Below, piece by piece: positions 52,301 through 64,000 of a stretch of 64,000 nucleotides of DNA. Below the pieces are notes generated by a model. It made no database searches. It was not told where the DNA came from and saw nothing but the letters and a program-made list of their open reading frames with translations. The first letter of the stretch is position 1. Each line of letters begins with the position of its first letter. The translations under genes and the position numbers were made by a program. Source of the DNA: Fistulifera solaris (lineage: Eukaryota); contig AP026176.1 in the NCBI GenBank assembly GCA_030295235.1, positions 124,001 through 188,000 on the forward strand, written 5' to 3'.

Positions 52301-53613
52301 TATCGAAGTGCCGAACTTGACAAAGGAGAAAGTAAACTCCATCGAGGAGGTTATGGATCTGTTAAAGAGAGGTAACTCCAATCGCGCCACAGCAGCCACC
52401 GACATGAACACACACAGTAGTCGATCGCACATGGTGTTGATGGTAGACGTAAAATCTGGTCTTGACGATGCTCAGAGCAATAATGGTACTTTGTACTTGG
52501 TCGATCTTGCCGGATCAGAGCGTGTGCGCAAATCTAATGTTGAAGGCGACCAACTGAAGGAAGCTGGGTTTATCAACAAGAGTCTTTCCGCTCTCGGAAA
52601 TGTGATGGAAGCTTTGGACAGGAAAGCTTCACATGTGCCGTATCGCGACAGCAAGCTTACGTACATGCTGCAAGATTCTCTTGGAGGTAACTCTCGAACC
52701 ATGATGGTTGTCGCCATCAATCCAGTTGATAATTCGTTTGATGAATCTATCCACGCACTCCAGTTTGCGACTCGAGTAAGACGTATTCAAATCGGATCGG
52801 CACAGCGCAATGTCACTTCGAAGAATCTTGAAGAGACAGTCAAGTCTCTCACCGAGGAAATGCGAGCACTCACACGCGCGAAAGAGCGATCCGAAAGTCA
52901 GCTTCTTTCACTGAAGCGCGATAACACGCGCGTGCAAGAGAAGCTGCAGAACCTCAACAAATCCAAGCAACAGAGCCGCTCTGACAGTAAGACGCTCGAA
53001 GTGCTACGTAAGAACAACGACGACATGGCCCAGCGATGGCAGAAAGAAAAAAGCAGCTCGAGAAGAGATGGCAGAAGAATTGGAAAATGCTCGAAAGGAA
53101 ATGAGGGCATTGAAGCAAAAGCTCAGCAAAGCTGAAATGAAAGTGGATAACTTTGAAAAGACCCTTGAGGTTAAAGAGCACGAGCTTGAAGTGGCGAGTA
53201 AGCAACTAAGGGAGCAGCGAAACAATACCTCTGCAGCAACTGCTCGTGCGCGTCGCGATATGGTCCTTCGAAAGCCTGCCGGTACTGTATCGAAAACATC
53301 TGTTGCATCAGCCTTGTCGTCCAAACCAACAACTCCGTCTCACACGAGCACCGCATCAAGCGGCGCAACCGACGTCCGAACAAAAGTTTTGACTCTCCTC
53401 CAGAAGCACGATCCAGTCAAGGCCGATCGCATTGATATAATTATGGAGAAATTTGCTGGCAAAGAGGACTTATTGCTCGAGAAAATGACTCAAAGGTATG
53501 AGGGTAGTGCAGCGTCGAGCGTCCTTGATCGAAACAAGCTCTCCGTGCAGCGGCATCAGGAACGGATGCAACGCATTAGGGAAAAGCAAAACGCAAATAA
53601 TTCTGGATCCTAG
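49386..53613 (+). CDS. Kinesin-14 family motor with long N-terminal coiled coil; introns 49519-49680 and 51889-51955; frameshifts at ~50570, ~51235 and ~53050
   Basis: Kinesin-14 neck 'LQGNIQVYCRVRP', P-loop 'AYGQTGSGKT' (formed by splicing), 'NTHSSRSH', 'LVDLAGSER' and 'HVPYRDSKLT'. Confidence 0.92.
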
Positions 53614-53893
53614 TTTAGCCTTAACAACAGAAAGCCTGTCGTATTTCATATGTCATATTCAACCTGGCACTTTAATCCTTGTTGTTGTTGTATTTTTTTT
53701 TGAAACTTTTTGTTGTTGATATACTTTATTTGATGACTACTACTTTTAGTCAAAGTTCGACAAAGAATCACGCAATTGCAGTCGAACAAGAGCCTTACGC
53801 GGCTCATTGATTGGTAGAACATAATATAATTAGGACAACGCGTAATAATGCAATTATATGTAACTTAAGTCTCCACAACCCTTTTTGAGTAGG

Positions 53894-55267
53894 TTACCCA
53901 CTAGCCTGCTTCAATTGTTGCTTAAAGGTTTTTACTGCTGAGATTTGGCTGGCCATCGGTACGCGGACAAAATCACCATAATGGGCTTGCCAATTCTGGT
54001 TTTTCTTGAGCTGGTCAGCTTTGTTTTTGGGGCGTCCGTATTCATCACGCTCCACAACGCGAGCATGCTGGGCTTTCACAAAGTGGTCAAAGTAGTGTCT
54101 GTACAAAGCATCATCGTGATTCACTCCCAACAAATTGTCCAACGTGGTTTTAGAGAAGGGGACACTCTCATTGATAGCATCCAAATCTTCTGGGTTGGAA
54201 GCCGCTATCAATGAGCAAATCAGCCAGAAGCCCTTAGTAAAGGGCAAGGCCATTCCCTGATCACGCAAGACTTCCGCAGCCTCGTTAGCAAAGTCATCAC
54301 ACGCAGAGCAATACGGAACCACCTCTTCGATGTCCTTCATCCATACTACTTCGTCGCCGGTGTTAGAACAGATCAAAAATGTCATTGGGTTCTGCGCTGG
54401 ATTCTGGCGATTGATCAAGAGTCCAGTAATCCCTTCCTTAGCGAGAAGACCCCCGTTGGGAGTACCGTCACAGAAGAGATAACGCGCAATGTTTCGATTC
54501 ACACCCGATGCGAAAGACTCTTGCAGTTTTTCAAACACCGGCGTGCCTCCCATGGGCATTCTATGAAAGGCGGCATCAATTCGACGATGCGCGTCAACCA
54601 AAAACGACTTTGGATCCCGACCTTGTCTCTTCAACACGACCCGATCTTGGCGATTCAGAAAACAAACTTGAATTTCCTGAAATGGTACGTACGCCAAGAT
54701 GTCCAGCATCTCCATCAACCGAGCTTGTGCTTCTTCCCAGCGTGTTTGCGTCTGTTTCGTGGCCGTCAATGTATCCGATAAAAGCGTCATCGAGCCGCTA
54801 TCGTCAACCATGAATTCCAACACCTCAAATTCACTCAACATCATGAGTTTATTCATCAATCCCATCGGGACTTCGTATTTATACAATACACGTCCAAGTT
54901 CATCGACCATTGTATCCGGTTGCATTCCAGCTTCCATGCATATTTCCGGTTCTTGCATCATTTCAACCGTAGCGTTCACGCTTTCACTAGAAGCAAACTC
55001 CTGTCCGCCCCACGCGACACTTGCTTCATTGAGAGCTTCATGATCTTCCAAGTTTGTTACAACAGGCAAAGCAACGTTAGCGTACACCAGCGTGGTCGCC
55101 GGCTTTCCCTCCGTGGCTTCTTTCCAGTAGGTGAACGTAGGGTTCAACTTCATGACACCATCCTGACGAATGTACTTTTTCGGAGACGATTCGGGAGGAT
55201 TGCTGGTCGCCCACGGAGAAGGAAAGCGAAAAGCTTGCGGAGCTTGCGAGAAGGAATTGCATATCAT
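53894..55267 (-). CDS. von Willebrand factor A (vWA) domain protein
   Basis: MIDAS 'FMVDDSGSM', 'TRWEEA', 'GGTP' and 'FCDGTPN'. Confidence 0.8.
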   Translation of the reverse strand: MICNSFSQAPQAFRFPSPWATSNPPESSPKKYIRQDGVMKLNPTFTYWKEATEGKPATTLVYANVALPVVTNLEDHEALNEASVAWGGQEFASSESVNATVEMMQEPEICMEAGMQPDTMVDELGRVLYKYEVPMGLMNKLMMLSEFEVLEFMVDDSGSMTLLSDTLTATKQTQTRWEEAQARLMEMLDILAYVPFQEIQVCFLNRQDRVVLKRQGRDPKSFLVDAHRRIDAAFHRMPMGGTPVFEKLQESFASGVNRNIARYLFCDGTPNGGLLAKEGITGLLINRQNPAQNPMTFLICSNTGDEVVWMKDIEEVVPYCSACDDFANEAAEVLRDQGMALPFTKGFWLICSLIAASNPEDLDAINESVPFSKTTLDNLLGVNHDDALYRHYFDHFVKAQHARVVERDEYGRPKNKADQLKKNQNWQAHYGDFVRVPMASQISAVKTFKQQLKQASG

Positions 55268-55889
55268 CTTTTCGTTGCTTTTGCATATGTTATTGTGCGG
55301 GGGGAACGAAAAAGTGTTGTTCTCGTGAAAAACGGATGAGGTTTGGTGTCATGATTTCATGTAGACTGCCAGTACAGTATCTCAGAGTGTCGTGTGGTTC
55401 CGAATTCCGAATGGGCTGCCGGGGACCTGGACGCAGGTATGGGAAAAGTGTACATTCACGAGGCCCCCGTAGAAAAATGTGTCAAGCAGAAGTGCATTCC
55501 CGTGTCTCCGGCTGGTAAAGATCCAAGGCTTGTCCATTTTCCGTACACCATAGACCATACTGATAAAAGAACATCGTTTGGGTTCTCATTTACCGTAGTA
55601 TTCTGGATTCTGGTGCTACAAGTACCTGGTACGGTACCGTTACTAGTACCAAATTCCACCGCGTCATGTACCATCGGACACCAATCGGTACTGTAGAGTG
55701 AAACGTTTTCGCCTAAGATCTAAGGTCTTGTTTCCTTCGGCTGTTGACGTCGCCTAGTTTCCTTCTCTGAAACACACTGGCCGGCCTCCTCATTTATTTC
55801 ACCATCATCAACCGTATTGGAAAAACAAAAGGCACATAATTCTGGATCCTAATCGAGATTTATAACAACAAATGCCATGCTTATCCCAC

Positions 55890-57605
55890 GATGACGTCGT
55901 TTGACCAGCTTGCACTGGTGGAGATTGCGACCATCAAACGTATGTTGCTTCAATTCCAATACATGGACTTGACGTCGTTGTCGTACTTATCCGAATCATT
56001 ACTGCGTATCTCTACAAAACAAGCCAGCAAAACGTTTTCGTAAGATGAATCCTCTTTTCATCTCCGAATCCAGCAGCAGCGGCTCATTACGGGCATTTCG
56101 ATCCGCCGCCGAAATATAACTCTCCGCGGGTGGCTCCCATTCAGAAAGGTATGTTTGCCAGGCTTTCTCCCATTCATCGCCATAGTCAAGAAAAAGCTCT
56201 TCACCAGCTTCAATATCCCGTGTGGCCACAATCTCCATAATCAAGCCCGCATACTTTTCCTGTTCTAAATCGGCCGGCCTTCGGTCGAGCCAGTCTTTAC
56301 GGTGACGTGGGTGATTCGACCACCTCAATTCGGCGTTCTTCAAAGTTTGGTTGTGATTGAGATAGTTGACAACTGGCGAATACGGGTAGAGGAGCAGCGA
56401 ACTTTGTGGATGCCCGAAGCAGTAATCGAGTAACAGTTGAGATCCTATGCGGACAATCTCATTCTCTTCATCGCCCGTGTCGGATTTAGCAACCGCACGA
56501 AGTTCGTAGACTTCCATTTGGTAGCGACGAAGCTGCACGACCGGCAATGGCGCAATGACGGATCCCTTGGCGAGACGACGCGTCGCAAATGCCCCACGCC
56601 CCGCCTGTCGAATTGTGGACATGCCCGGACTAATGTTATCGAGACACATTCCGTGTTCTTCCAACCACTGTTTTGTCTTCATCAGTCCAGGTAAAAGTGC
56701 CTTGGCCGCTCCTTCATTGAGCGCTTTGGGGACGCCACTGATATCATCTGGAAGAGCATTTTTCATGCGGGGCTCTACTTTCACAGCAAATTGTAGTAGC
56801 TTGTACATGTCGCGTCCTCGTTTCGTTTCATAATTGCCATCAACAATCTCTGAAAACTTCTTTAGCACATCATCGGCGTGTTTCCAGTGACGAGACAAAG
56901 GTACATTACCGATGTTTTGGTGGCGTTCCTCAAACCAACTTTCCCCGTAATCCAAAAAAATCTCGGCTCCGGCCTCAATCGCTTTTGTAGCGATAAATTG
57001 GGCGTCATGAAAGTGGGTGGACGCTCCAGCACCCGGATCATAGGCTCGATTCAAATCGGCATATCGTTTGGGATTCCGTGGGAGTGCATTGAACAAAGCC
57101 GGATGGCCATTGGCGAGTGTTCCAACACCAGGAATGATACTGGTAACATTCACGGCTTCAAAAACAGCTAGCGTAACCCACGACGCCCAAATATAATTAT
57201 CCAGTAGCCATGTGGGATCGTCTTTATTTGATACTGAAAGAAATCGCCTTGTCCGCTTCATGTTTTCTTCATAATCCTCAATATTGCACACAAGATCTCC
57301 CTCCAAAATTCGTTCCCCCCTTTGGAATAAATACCCCAACCAGCGTCCGGGATGGATGATTCTGCTAATTACAGACTACATGAGGTACTTTCTTCTGAAA
57401 CTTGTTCTTCTTCTTCTTCTTCTTCTTCTTCTTCATCCGGAGCGTCTTCTTGTTGAAAGTAATAAGTGTCCTTTGCTCGAAGGAATGATTATTCCGTGTG
57501 GTTGACCAAACGTTCGAAAGGCTCGTCGCCGCTGTCGCAAGTTTCGTTTTCCGCGGCCTGCACTGAAATGAGATAGATGCATACTAAGAGCGTGTTGTAT
57601 CTCAT
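55890..57605 (-). pseudogene. Degenerate copy of secreted SET-domain protein
   Basis: Signal peptide 'MRYNTLLVCIYLISVQA' and SET motifs 'YLNH...ATRDIEAGEELFLDYG'. There is an in-frame TAA where the paralog has Tyr ('CSL*LAESSIP' vs 'CGLYLAESAIP'), plus several frameshifts and a truncated C-terminus. Confidence 0.65.
57405..57434. repeat. (CTT)n / (GAA)n microsatellite encoding poly-Glu
   Basis: About 9-10 consecutive CTT/TTC triplets. Confidence 0.85.
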
Positions 57606-58155
57606 ATGTCATGTTTCACGCTAGCACTTTCTGTGATTATTATTTGTTGTTGTAGGTGCGATCATTTCGATATTTTGTGTGCGCCTAATAATATATAAGT
57701 CGTCTACGCCATGACGATACCTCCGACTCAACTTATATTCAGTCCCGGAACGGTCACTATATACGGAGAATTCGTGGTGCTGTATTTGCGCAGCAAGAAA
57801 AAAGTGTTACGGACAACGAGTACCAGGTACCGTACTGTGGGGAGTAATAGTATTGTTGTTGTTGTTGTTGCGTTGATACAAGATACAAAGGATGAAGAAT
57901 GAGTCGTCGTCTGAAGTCCGAAAAGATGAAACACATAACGGAGGTCTTCTTTCCGCAATCGACAAGTAAGACTCCGACAAGCAAATGGCGCAATAAAAAA
58001 CGCAGCGGACAAAAGTAGATTTGGTCGTAGCAGCAGGGGCGCCGCGTCCACCCAACTTTCTCATAACTTATGCGAATCAGACTCCAAAGCACAAACGGCC
58101 GACGACTACCGCAAACTACAAAGACGTTTGTAAACTTTTTCTTATCCTATAGTTG

Positions 58156-58636
58156 TTACTCACAGGCATAGCACTCTGTAAGCGAACCATTTTCGCTACT
58201 CTCTTGTATGGGACCTTTTCCCAACAACAGAGTGCTCGTCGGATTGAAATTCGCTGGACAGTTGAAGGCCTTGGTCGCATCATAGAGAATCAAACATTCG
58301 CCATCGGTATATTCCAACCCGATCGCGTCGATGGCGTTCGAAGCCGCTTTCTGACAGGCTTCCAAAGAAAGGAAATCGGCGTTCGAGCAATACGGGTATT
58401 CTTCCTGACTCGCATCGAGGCAAAGTCCAGGACCAATCAAGCTGGTACAGCGGTTGATGGTTGGCTCATTCTTGTCGCAGAAAAGGACTCGGCGTGACAA
58501 AATTGGTGGAGCCGTCCCGATGATCGCCATCGATCCTGCTGGAACGAGATGATTCAGAAATGAAATTTGCGGAACGATAAGAATTCAACTGACCAAAAGT
58601 GAAAGAAACATAAAAGCAAGTAAGACACAACATCAT
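58156..58636 (-). CDS. Small Cys-rich, probably secreted protein; frameshift at ~58482
   Basis: Hydrophobic N-terminus, with 9 Cys in about 110 aa ('GPGLCLD...YPYC...EACQ...GECLILY...GKGPI...ECYACE'). Confidence 0.55.
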
Positions 58637-58949
58637 GGGAAAACAGACCGTCGAAGTCAAAAAATAATTGGATGCGGAGTAAAGGATGTAAAAAAGAATG
58701 AAATGAAATGTAAAAATGGACTAATAATACTCGCGTGGCGCTGGGCTGTTAGTGCTTCCGGCGTGTAATTTTTCAGATGCTCTGAGCAGTACTTGCATTT
58801 ATTTAGCAATATTTGACACGAAATAATAAAAAAGCTATTCTAGAGTTTTTAACCCCACAATTTCGACAACCCATGACCAACCGCGGGTCTACATCCCTCT
58901 CCTGTTCGTTACGAAAAGAAAACTGTTGATAACGAAATCGGTGAGACTA

Positions 58950-60801
58950 TTATTTGCGGATAAAAATATCGCGCCAAGCGTCTGGAACCATGCTGTCCGG
59001 CAAAGCCATCTCGTGTCGGAATGCCGATCGAAGGAACATATCGGATGTGTACATGACATCAAAATACTGAATCGCTTCCCGTCGAATATTCATCACACGC
59101 CATGTTTGGCGTTCTTCTTTAATAACGACATCATACAGGTCATTGTTGTGTTTCTTCACCACGAAACACTCGTGAAGGTCATTCACATCAAATACTTCCT
59201 CCGTCGCAGGTGCCCAGGTGATTGTGGTGGTAGAGCCATCTTCACCCGCATCGTCGAAAGGTAATTCTACGAAGCAGCCCATCAAAACATTTTCGTAAGA
59301 TGGATCTTTTCCATCTCCGAATCCAGCAGCAACGGCTCATTGCGAGCGTTTCGATCCGCCGCCGAAATATAAGGTTCCGCGGGGGCTGCCACTCCGCAAC
59401 ATACGTTTGCCAAGCTTTTTCCCAGTCATCACCATAGTCCAAAAACACTTCTTCCCCCGCTTCAATATCCCGCGTCGCTACAATTTCCATAATCAAGCCT
59501 GCATACTTTTCCACGTCCAAATCGGCCGGGCTTCGGTCGAGCCAATCCTTGCGATGATTGGCGTGGTTCGACCATCGTAACTCGGCATTTTTCAATGTTT
59601 GATTGTGATTTAAATAATTGACAACTGGCGAATACGGGTAGAGGAGCAGCGAGCTTTGTGGGTGTCCGAAACAATAATTGAGTAAAAGTTGCGAACCGAT
59701 GCGAAAGACTTGATCCTCTTCTTCGTCGTCGTCCGAGTCGGCTTTCGCAACAGCACGAAGTTCGTAGACTTCCATCTGGTAGCGACGCAGCTGCACGACC
59801 GGCAACGGCGCAATCACGGATCCCTTGGCGAGACGACGCGTCGCAAACGCGCCACGACCGGCCCCTGCAATCGTCGACAGGCCCGGACGAATGTGATCCA
59901 GACACATTCCGTTTTCTTCCAACCATTCTTTCGTCTTGACTCGTCCCGGCAAGAGAGTCTTGGCGGCCCCCTTCCTCGAGTGCTTTCGGTACGTCACTGA
60001 CATCCTCGGGGAGAGCATTCTTCATGCGGGGCTCTAATTTCACAGCAAATTGCAGTAACTCGTACATTTCGCGTCCAATTTTCGACTGATAGTCACTATC
60101 CATGATCTCGGAATACTTCTGGAGTACGGCATTCGCGTGTTTCCAGTGACGAGACAACGGAATATCGCCTAGATATTTCCGACGATCCCGAAACCATGTA
60201 TCCCCGTACTCGACAAAAGTTCTGCACCCGCTTCAATATCCCCATCGGCCACAAAGTGCACATCGTGAAAATGCGTCGACGCCCCGGCCCCGGGATGTTG
60301 GGTGCGATGCAAGTCGGCGACGCGCTGCGGGGGTCGTTGAATGGCATTGACCAACCCGGGATGACTGTTGGCCAACATACCCAAGCCCGGAATGACACTA
60401 CTCACTTCTTCCGCTTCAAATTCGGCCAAGGCGTTGCTGGGGGACCAGTAATAACTATCGAGGAGCCAGGAAGGAGTGTTTTTGTTGGATCTTGACAAGA
60501 ACTGTCGACGGAGTCTCATATTTTCTTCGAAATCTTCGATGTTACAAACAATCTCGCCGTAGAAAATTCGTTCGTTGTGGGCAATGGATTTCGCCGTAAA
60601 CATTCCCAAACCCGAATTGGGAATGGCGGATTCGGCTAAATAGAGACCGCACGAGTCATCATCTGTGGATGATGATTCGGTGACGGAGACCGTCCCATCG
60701 ACATTGACGTTGTATTCCTCCGACGAGAACGCTCCCGACAAACTGATCAACAACAACACGGAGGTGGTGAAACGACTAGTCGTCAGCCGCATGGTAGCCA
60801 T
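58950..60801 (-). CDS. Secreted/ER SET-domain protein (diatom signal-peptide SET family); frameshifts at ~60217, ~59968, ~59382 and ~59308
   Basis: Signal peptide. First SET-like unit 'YLAESAIPNSGLGMFT...MLANSHP...DIEAGAEL'; second unit 'STIAGAGRGAFATR...YLNH...ATRDIEAGEEVFLDYG'. Confidence 0.85.
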
Positions 60802-61226
60802 CTAAAAAGAATACTCTTGTTGGTTTATTAGCTCGTTATAACGAATGGCTTAATTGTGCGATGAGAAGAGCATCCATGCGATTATTATTTTTGAGATTAT
60901 GCGAGAGAGCCGTTTAGCGATTCCATCTACAAAATGATAGAAGGCAAGATGTCATAGCATGATTGACCTTTCGTAGCAAAAAATATCATTTACTAAGGAC
61001 TCAGATGTACAGACAAACTGGTTTCATTAAAGTCGTACCGGTTCCATTTCGCTTTAAGTCTGTATCTGGATGCTTCTATTCATTGCATTCTCGTCGTCAC
61101 AAGAATGAGTGCCGCCATTTTCCGCCGTGCACGGGACTCACCTCGCCACAATTTGTCGCATCCTGCTTCCTTTATTGATGGCATTCGTTTCCCAACCACA
61201 CAAATCCGACAACACAACATACCATC

Positions 61227-62078
61227 ATGAGTCATCTTCTTGTATCATCCTTATTGATCAGCAGCTCGGCTGCCGCCCAATTCACAACCTCAAAAGCAAA
61301 TCAGCAATTGGCGCTTGGGACGACGACTCCACCAAGCTCTGGTACCAACCAGACGACAACTTCAACAAGATGCTTGTACGTTTGAAAAACTCATGAACCA
61401 AACGTGTCATTTATGGGAATTTTGTGTGGATTTGACGTTTGATGCTTCCAACGTCGAAGTTCGGTGTGGTGGGAACATGGATGCCGATTGGTACATTTTT
61501 ATGGATGCGGAGGAAGCTTGCTACCACACGGGCGAGGAAGCTCGATCGACCGGATCATTCTTCCGCTATTGTTCGCACGAGCAGGGTTACTTGAATTTCA
61601 CGAAAAGTGCATTGGTGTACGCGGATGTGACGGAGATCATCACGGCTCCCGTCCAAGGGACACTTCACGAAGTTTACCGAATTTCGGAATGCGACATCAG
61701 TCCTCCCGATTACTACTTCGGACGGGGGTTCTGCAATGATCCTTGTCCTTATCAAATGAATGTTGGAGGGATGAGTTGTAACGGAGTTTGTCAAGAATGT
61801 TCCGATGGAAGGATGGTTCTCAATTGTGCCGATATTAGCCCAGGTCTCGTCGAACGATGCGATGCTACCGACAACATGTACATCTATCAAGAATACTTCA
61901 ATTTTTTCGAAGAAAAGAATCGGCTGGAAGAAAAAGAATTTCCGAAGAAGAGAATGCCTCGGAAGGAACGGAATCAAGCGAAGTGGTCGACGATGTTCCA
62001 GTATCAACAGCCGAAACGAGAGCAACAACGTGGACGATGATTTCGACGATCATCGCTGTGTTTGCTTTTTCTTGCTGA
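61227..62078 (+). CDS. Cys-rich surface protein with signal peptide, RXL motifs and hydrophobic (GPI-signal-like) C-terminus; frameshifts at ~61318 and ~61932
   Basis: 'MSHLLVSSLLISSSAAAQ', 'RRLHQ' and 'RRQLQQ', a Cys-rich domain ending 'CNGVCQECSDG...NCADI', and C-terminus 'TWTMISTIIAVFAFSC*'. Confidence 0.65.
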
Positions 62079-62391
62079 AAGGTGATAAGTGATACCCTGT
62101 TTCAATTCCGATGTATTACAATTACATTATTTATACCTAAGCCCCTCTAAGATCACCACTTGTCTGGTCCTTAATCCGTTAAAATTAAACTTGTAGAGGG
62201 CACAAGGTGACATTCTGTGCAAAACTACTGCAAAACGGCTTCTCCATACTTAGAGCTTAGATCGACGGTTCTTGAAGCAACGCTTGAAAGATTTTAGAGA
62301 TTAATCGCCATCGCACCATTCTTGGACGACGTAGGTCACAACACAACCTCGCACACCGCGAAATCGAAGATATCAAAAGTCTGTTATCAAA

Positions 62392-62769
62392 ATGAAGACT
62401 TTATACTTGGCCATGCTAATCTCCTTGTCGACAGGTGCCTTAATTCGGCACCATAACAGCAAAGAGCAGACTCGTAAACTGGAAGAAGACTTGCCGACAA
62501 TCTTGCCCGGTACTCCAGTGCCTACGACTGCGCCGACAACGGAATTACCAACGATCTTGCCTGCTATTGTGGATACTGGACTACCAACAGTTGTTCCTGT
62601 CATAGATGATACCGGTTTGCCTACGATTTTCCCTGCCATAGTAGACACAGGAGCCCCAACGACGGAAGATGATTTCCAAACCGAGGGTCCTACGCCGCCT
62701 GTAACGTCAGGGTCCTTTATTTCCGACAGTACCATAGCTGCCATTGCTATTGTCGCCGCTCTGCTTTGA
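62392..62769 (+). CDS. Small Pro/Thr-rich surface glycoprotein (signal peptide, RKL, GPI-like tail)
   Basis: 'MKTLYLAMLISLSTGA', 'RKLEE', LPTIxPAIVDTG repeats and C-terminal 'SGS...IAAIAIVAALL'. Confidence 0.8.
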   Translation: MKTLYLAMLISLSTGALIRHHNSKEQTRKLEEDLPTILPGTPVPTTAPTTELPTILPAIVDTGLPTVVPVIDDTGLPTIFPAIVDTGAPTTEDDFQTEGPTPPVTSGSFISDSTIAAIAIVAALL

Positions 62770-63490
62770 GCTAAATAGTATGGAGTCAGCATATCGTTGG
62801 ATAAACTAGAGGCCCATGATTATAGTAAATGCGTTTTCCATATCCAAGGCAAGAACTCGGCTCTATGCTCGTCGTCTTCGCGTTTGAAGAAGCAAATCGT
62901 TGCATATAGAATATGATGGCGATCGAACAGCGCTGCTTATACAAACTTTCGAACCTTTCATCATTTTCGCAGCCGCCCAATCGTTGTTCAATTGCACCTC
63001 GACAAGTCGCACCTACTCGGACGACGAAGGAGAGACGAATCTTGACCCTCCAAAATAATCAGGCACATGTTCACTTCCCATCAAATGACGAACTCATTTC
63101 GGCTGCCTGTATCATTGAGGATGTATCATCTTTCGTTTCGGAACATCGTTGCCTTGTAATTCCGATGTGCCCTCCACCCGTTATCATACCATAATATGAG
63201 ATCGCCCCAACCGATCAAGTCACGTTCCACGTAAATGCACCCGATGCATTTCTTCGTCTTGTTGTGGCTAGACAGAACATGAACATTAGATGAAAACCAT
63301 AAAACGAGAAGTTTGGTGATTTCCGGTACTCCGAGTCGATGTATGTCACTTCTTGATTTTTGGAACGGGGTATTCTCATCTTACATGAAAGAGGACGACA
63401 AAAGACTCCTTTTGTTTCTCTCACAAAGGAATCCATTTCATAATCGCGATTTTTGCACATACTTTTGATCATTGAAACTAAGACACCACG

Positions 63491-63934
63491 ATGAAGACAG
63501 CACTCGCATCGATTCTGTTTCTCGCCATGAGCGCACAAGGCCATTTCATCGGCGACGATTCACGTGATTTACAAGACAACATCACCGATTCCACCCCTAC
63601 CATCGTTCCAGCGATTGTCGACACGGCGGAGCCTACCGTCTCTCCCACGGTCGCCCCCGATCCGACCGCCGCGCCCACGGCACAAGATACGCCGGCTCCC
63701 ACGGTCGCACCCACCGTTCCGCCCACGGTGGCACCCACCATTGCGCCCACGACCGTGGCACCGACCGTAGCTCCGACCGTGGCACCGACCGTAGCTCCGA
63801 CGGCCATTGAAGTGACGATTGAAGTCAATGGAACCGAAGTACCGGCGCCGGCTCCGACGTCGGGGTCGGCCTATGTTGAGGGAGGAGTCAAGTCATTTTT
63901 GGTTCTCTTGGTTGTGACGGCCTTGTTACTCTAA
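63491..63934 (+). CDS. Small Pro/Thr/Ala-rich surface glycoprotein (signal peptide, RDL, GPI-like tail)
   Basis: 'MKTALASILFLAMSAQG', 'RDLQ', 'PTIVPAIVDT', PTVA repeats and C-terminal 'SGSA...FLVLLVVTALLL'. Confidence 0.85.
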   Translation: MKTALASILFLAMSAQGHFIGDDSRDLQDNITDSTPTIVPAIVDTAEPTVSPTVAPDPTAAPTAQDTPAPTVAPTVPPTVAPTIAPTTVAPTVAPTVAPTVAPTAIEVTIEVNGTEVPAPAPTSGSAYVEGGVKSFLVLLVVTALLL

Positions 63935-64000
63935 AGAAATCATTGGTGAATTGTGCGGAACGAGACGTCCGCGTAAAGGCATTTTCTGCAAGGAAACGCC

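Noticed and set aside
63478..63828. Antisense 'VGAT' repeat ORF (and similar ones at 62373..62792 and 18899..19228)
   Set aside because: These are the reverse complement of Pro/Thr repeats in genuine secreted-protein genes.

Overview
This is gene-dense eukaryotic nuclear DNA, very probably from a pennate diatom. The evidence is short GT-AG introns, bipartite 'ASAFAP'-type plastid targeting peptides, RXL-propeptide secreted proteins, a diatom-type cyclin and secreted SET-domain proteins. A Fistulifera-like source is only an inference. There are about 30 genes. Housekeeping genes include NFS1, VPS37, TRM3/TARBP1, TVP23, a kinesin-14, a DEAD-box helicase, Sec14, an arrestin-like protein, a vWA protein and a MAPR cytochrome b5. 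Secreted or surface proteins include three stand-alone CBM6 proteins, an alpha-carbonic anhydrase-like protein, two SET proteins and three GPI-like RXL proteins. Many ORFs are broken by 1-bp indels in homopolymers, most likely uncorrected sequencing error. Five items stand out. (1) A ~2,090-aa plastid-targeted, disordered tandem-repeat protein (36393-42673) carries about 23 'SFSPVR...SPYLxxL' modules and a PYCO1-like RWSPR motif, making it a candidate pyrenoid/Rubisco condensate scaffold. (2) A non-coding ~52-bp-period array has a conserved palindromic core TCCAGAAATTCTGGA (24053-24543). (3) A kinesin-14 has a NudE/Nde1-like N-terminus. (4) A palindromic element CATGACTG-N5-CAGTCGTG is dispersed across the window. 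(5) A CBM6-mucin protein ends in a GKG lysine-rich tail. No rRNA, tRNA, CRISPR-Cas or intact transposon was recognised.
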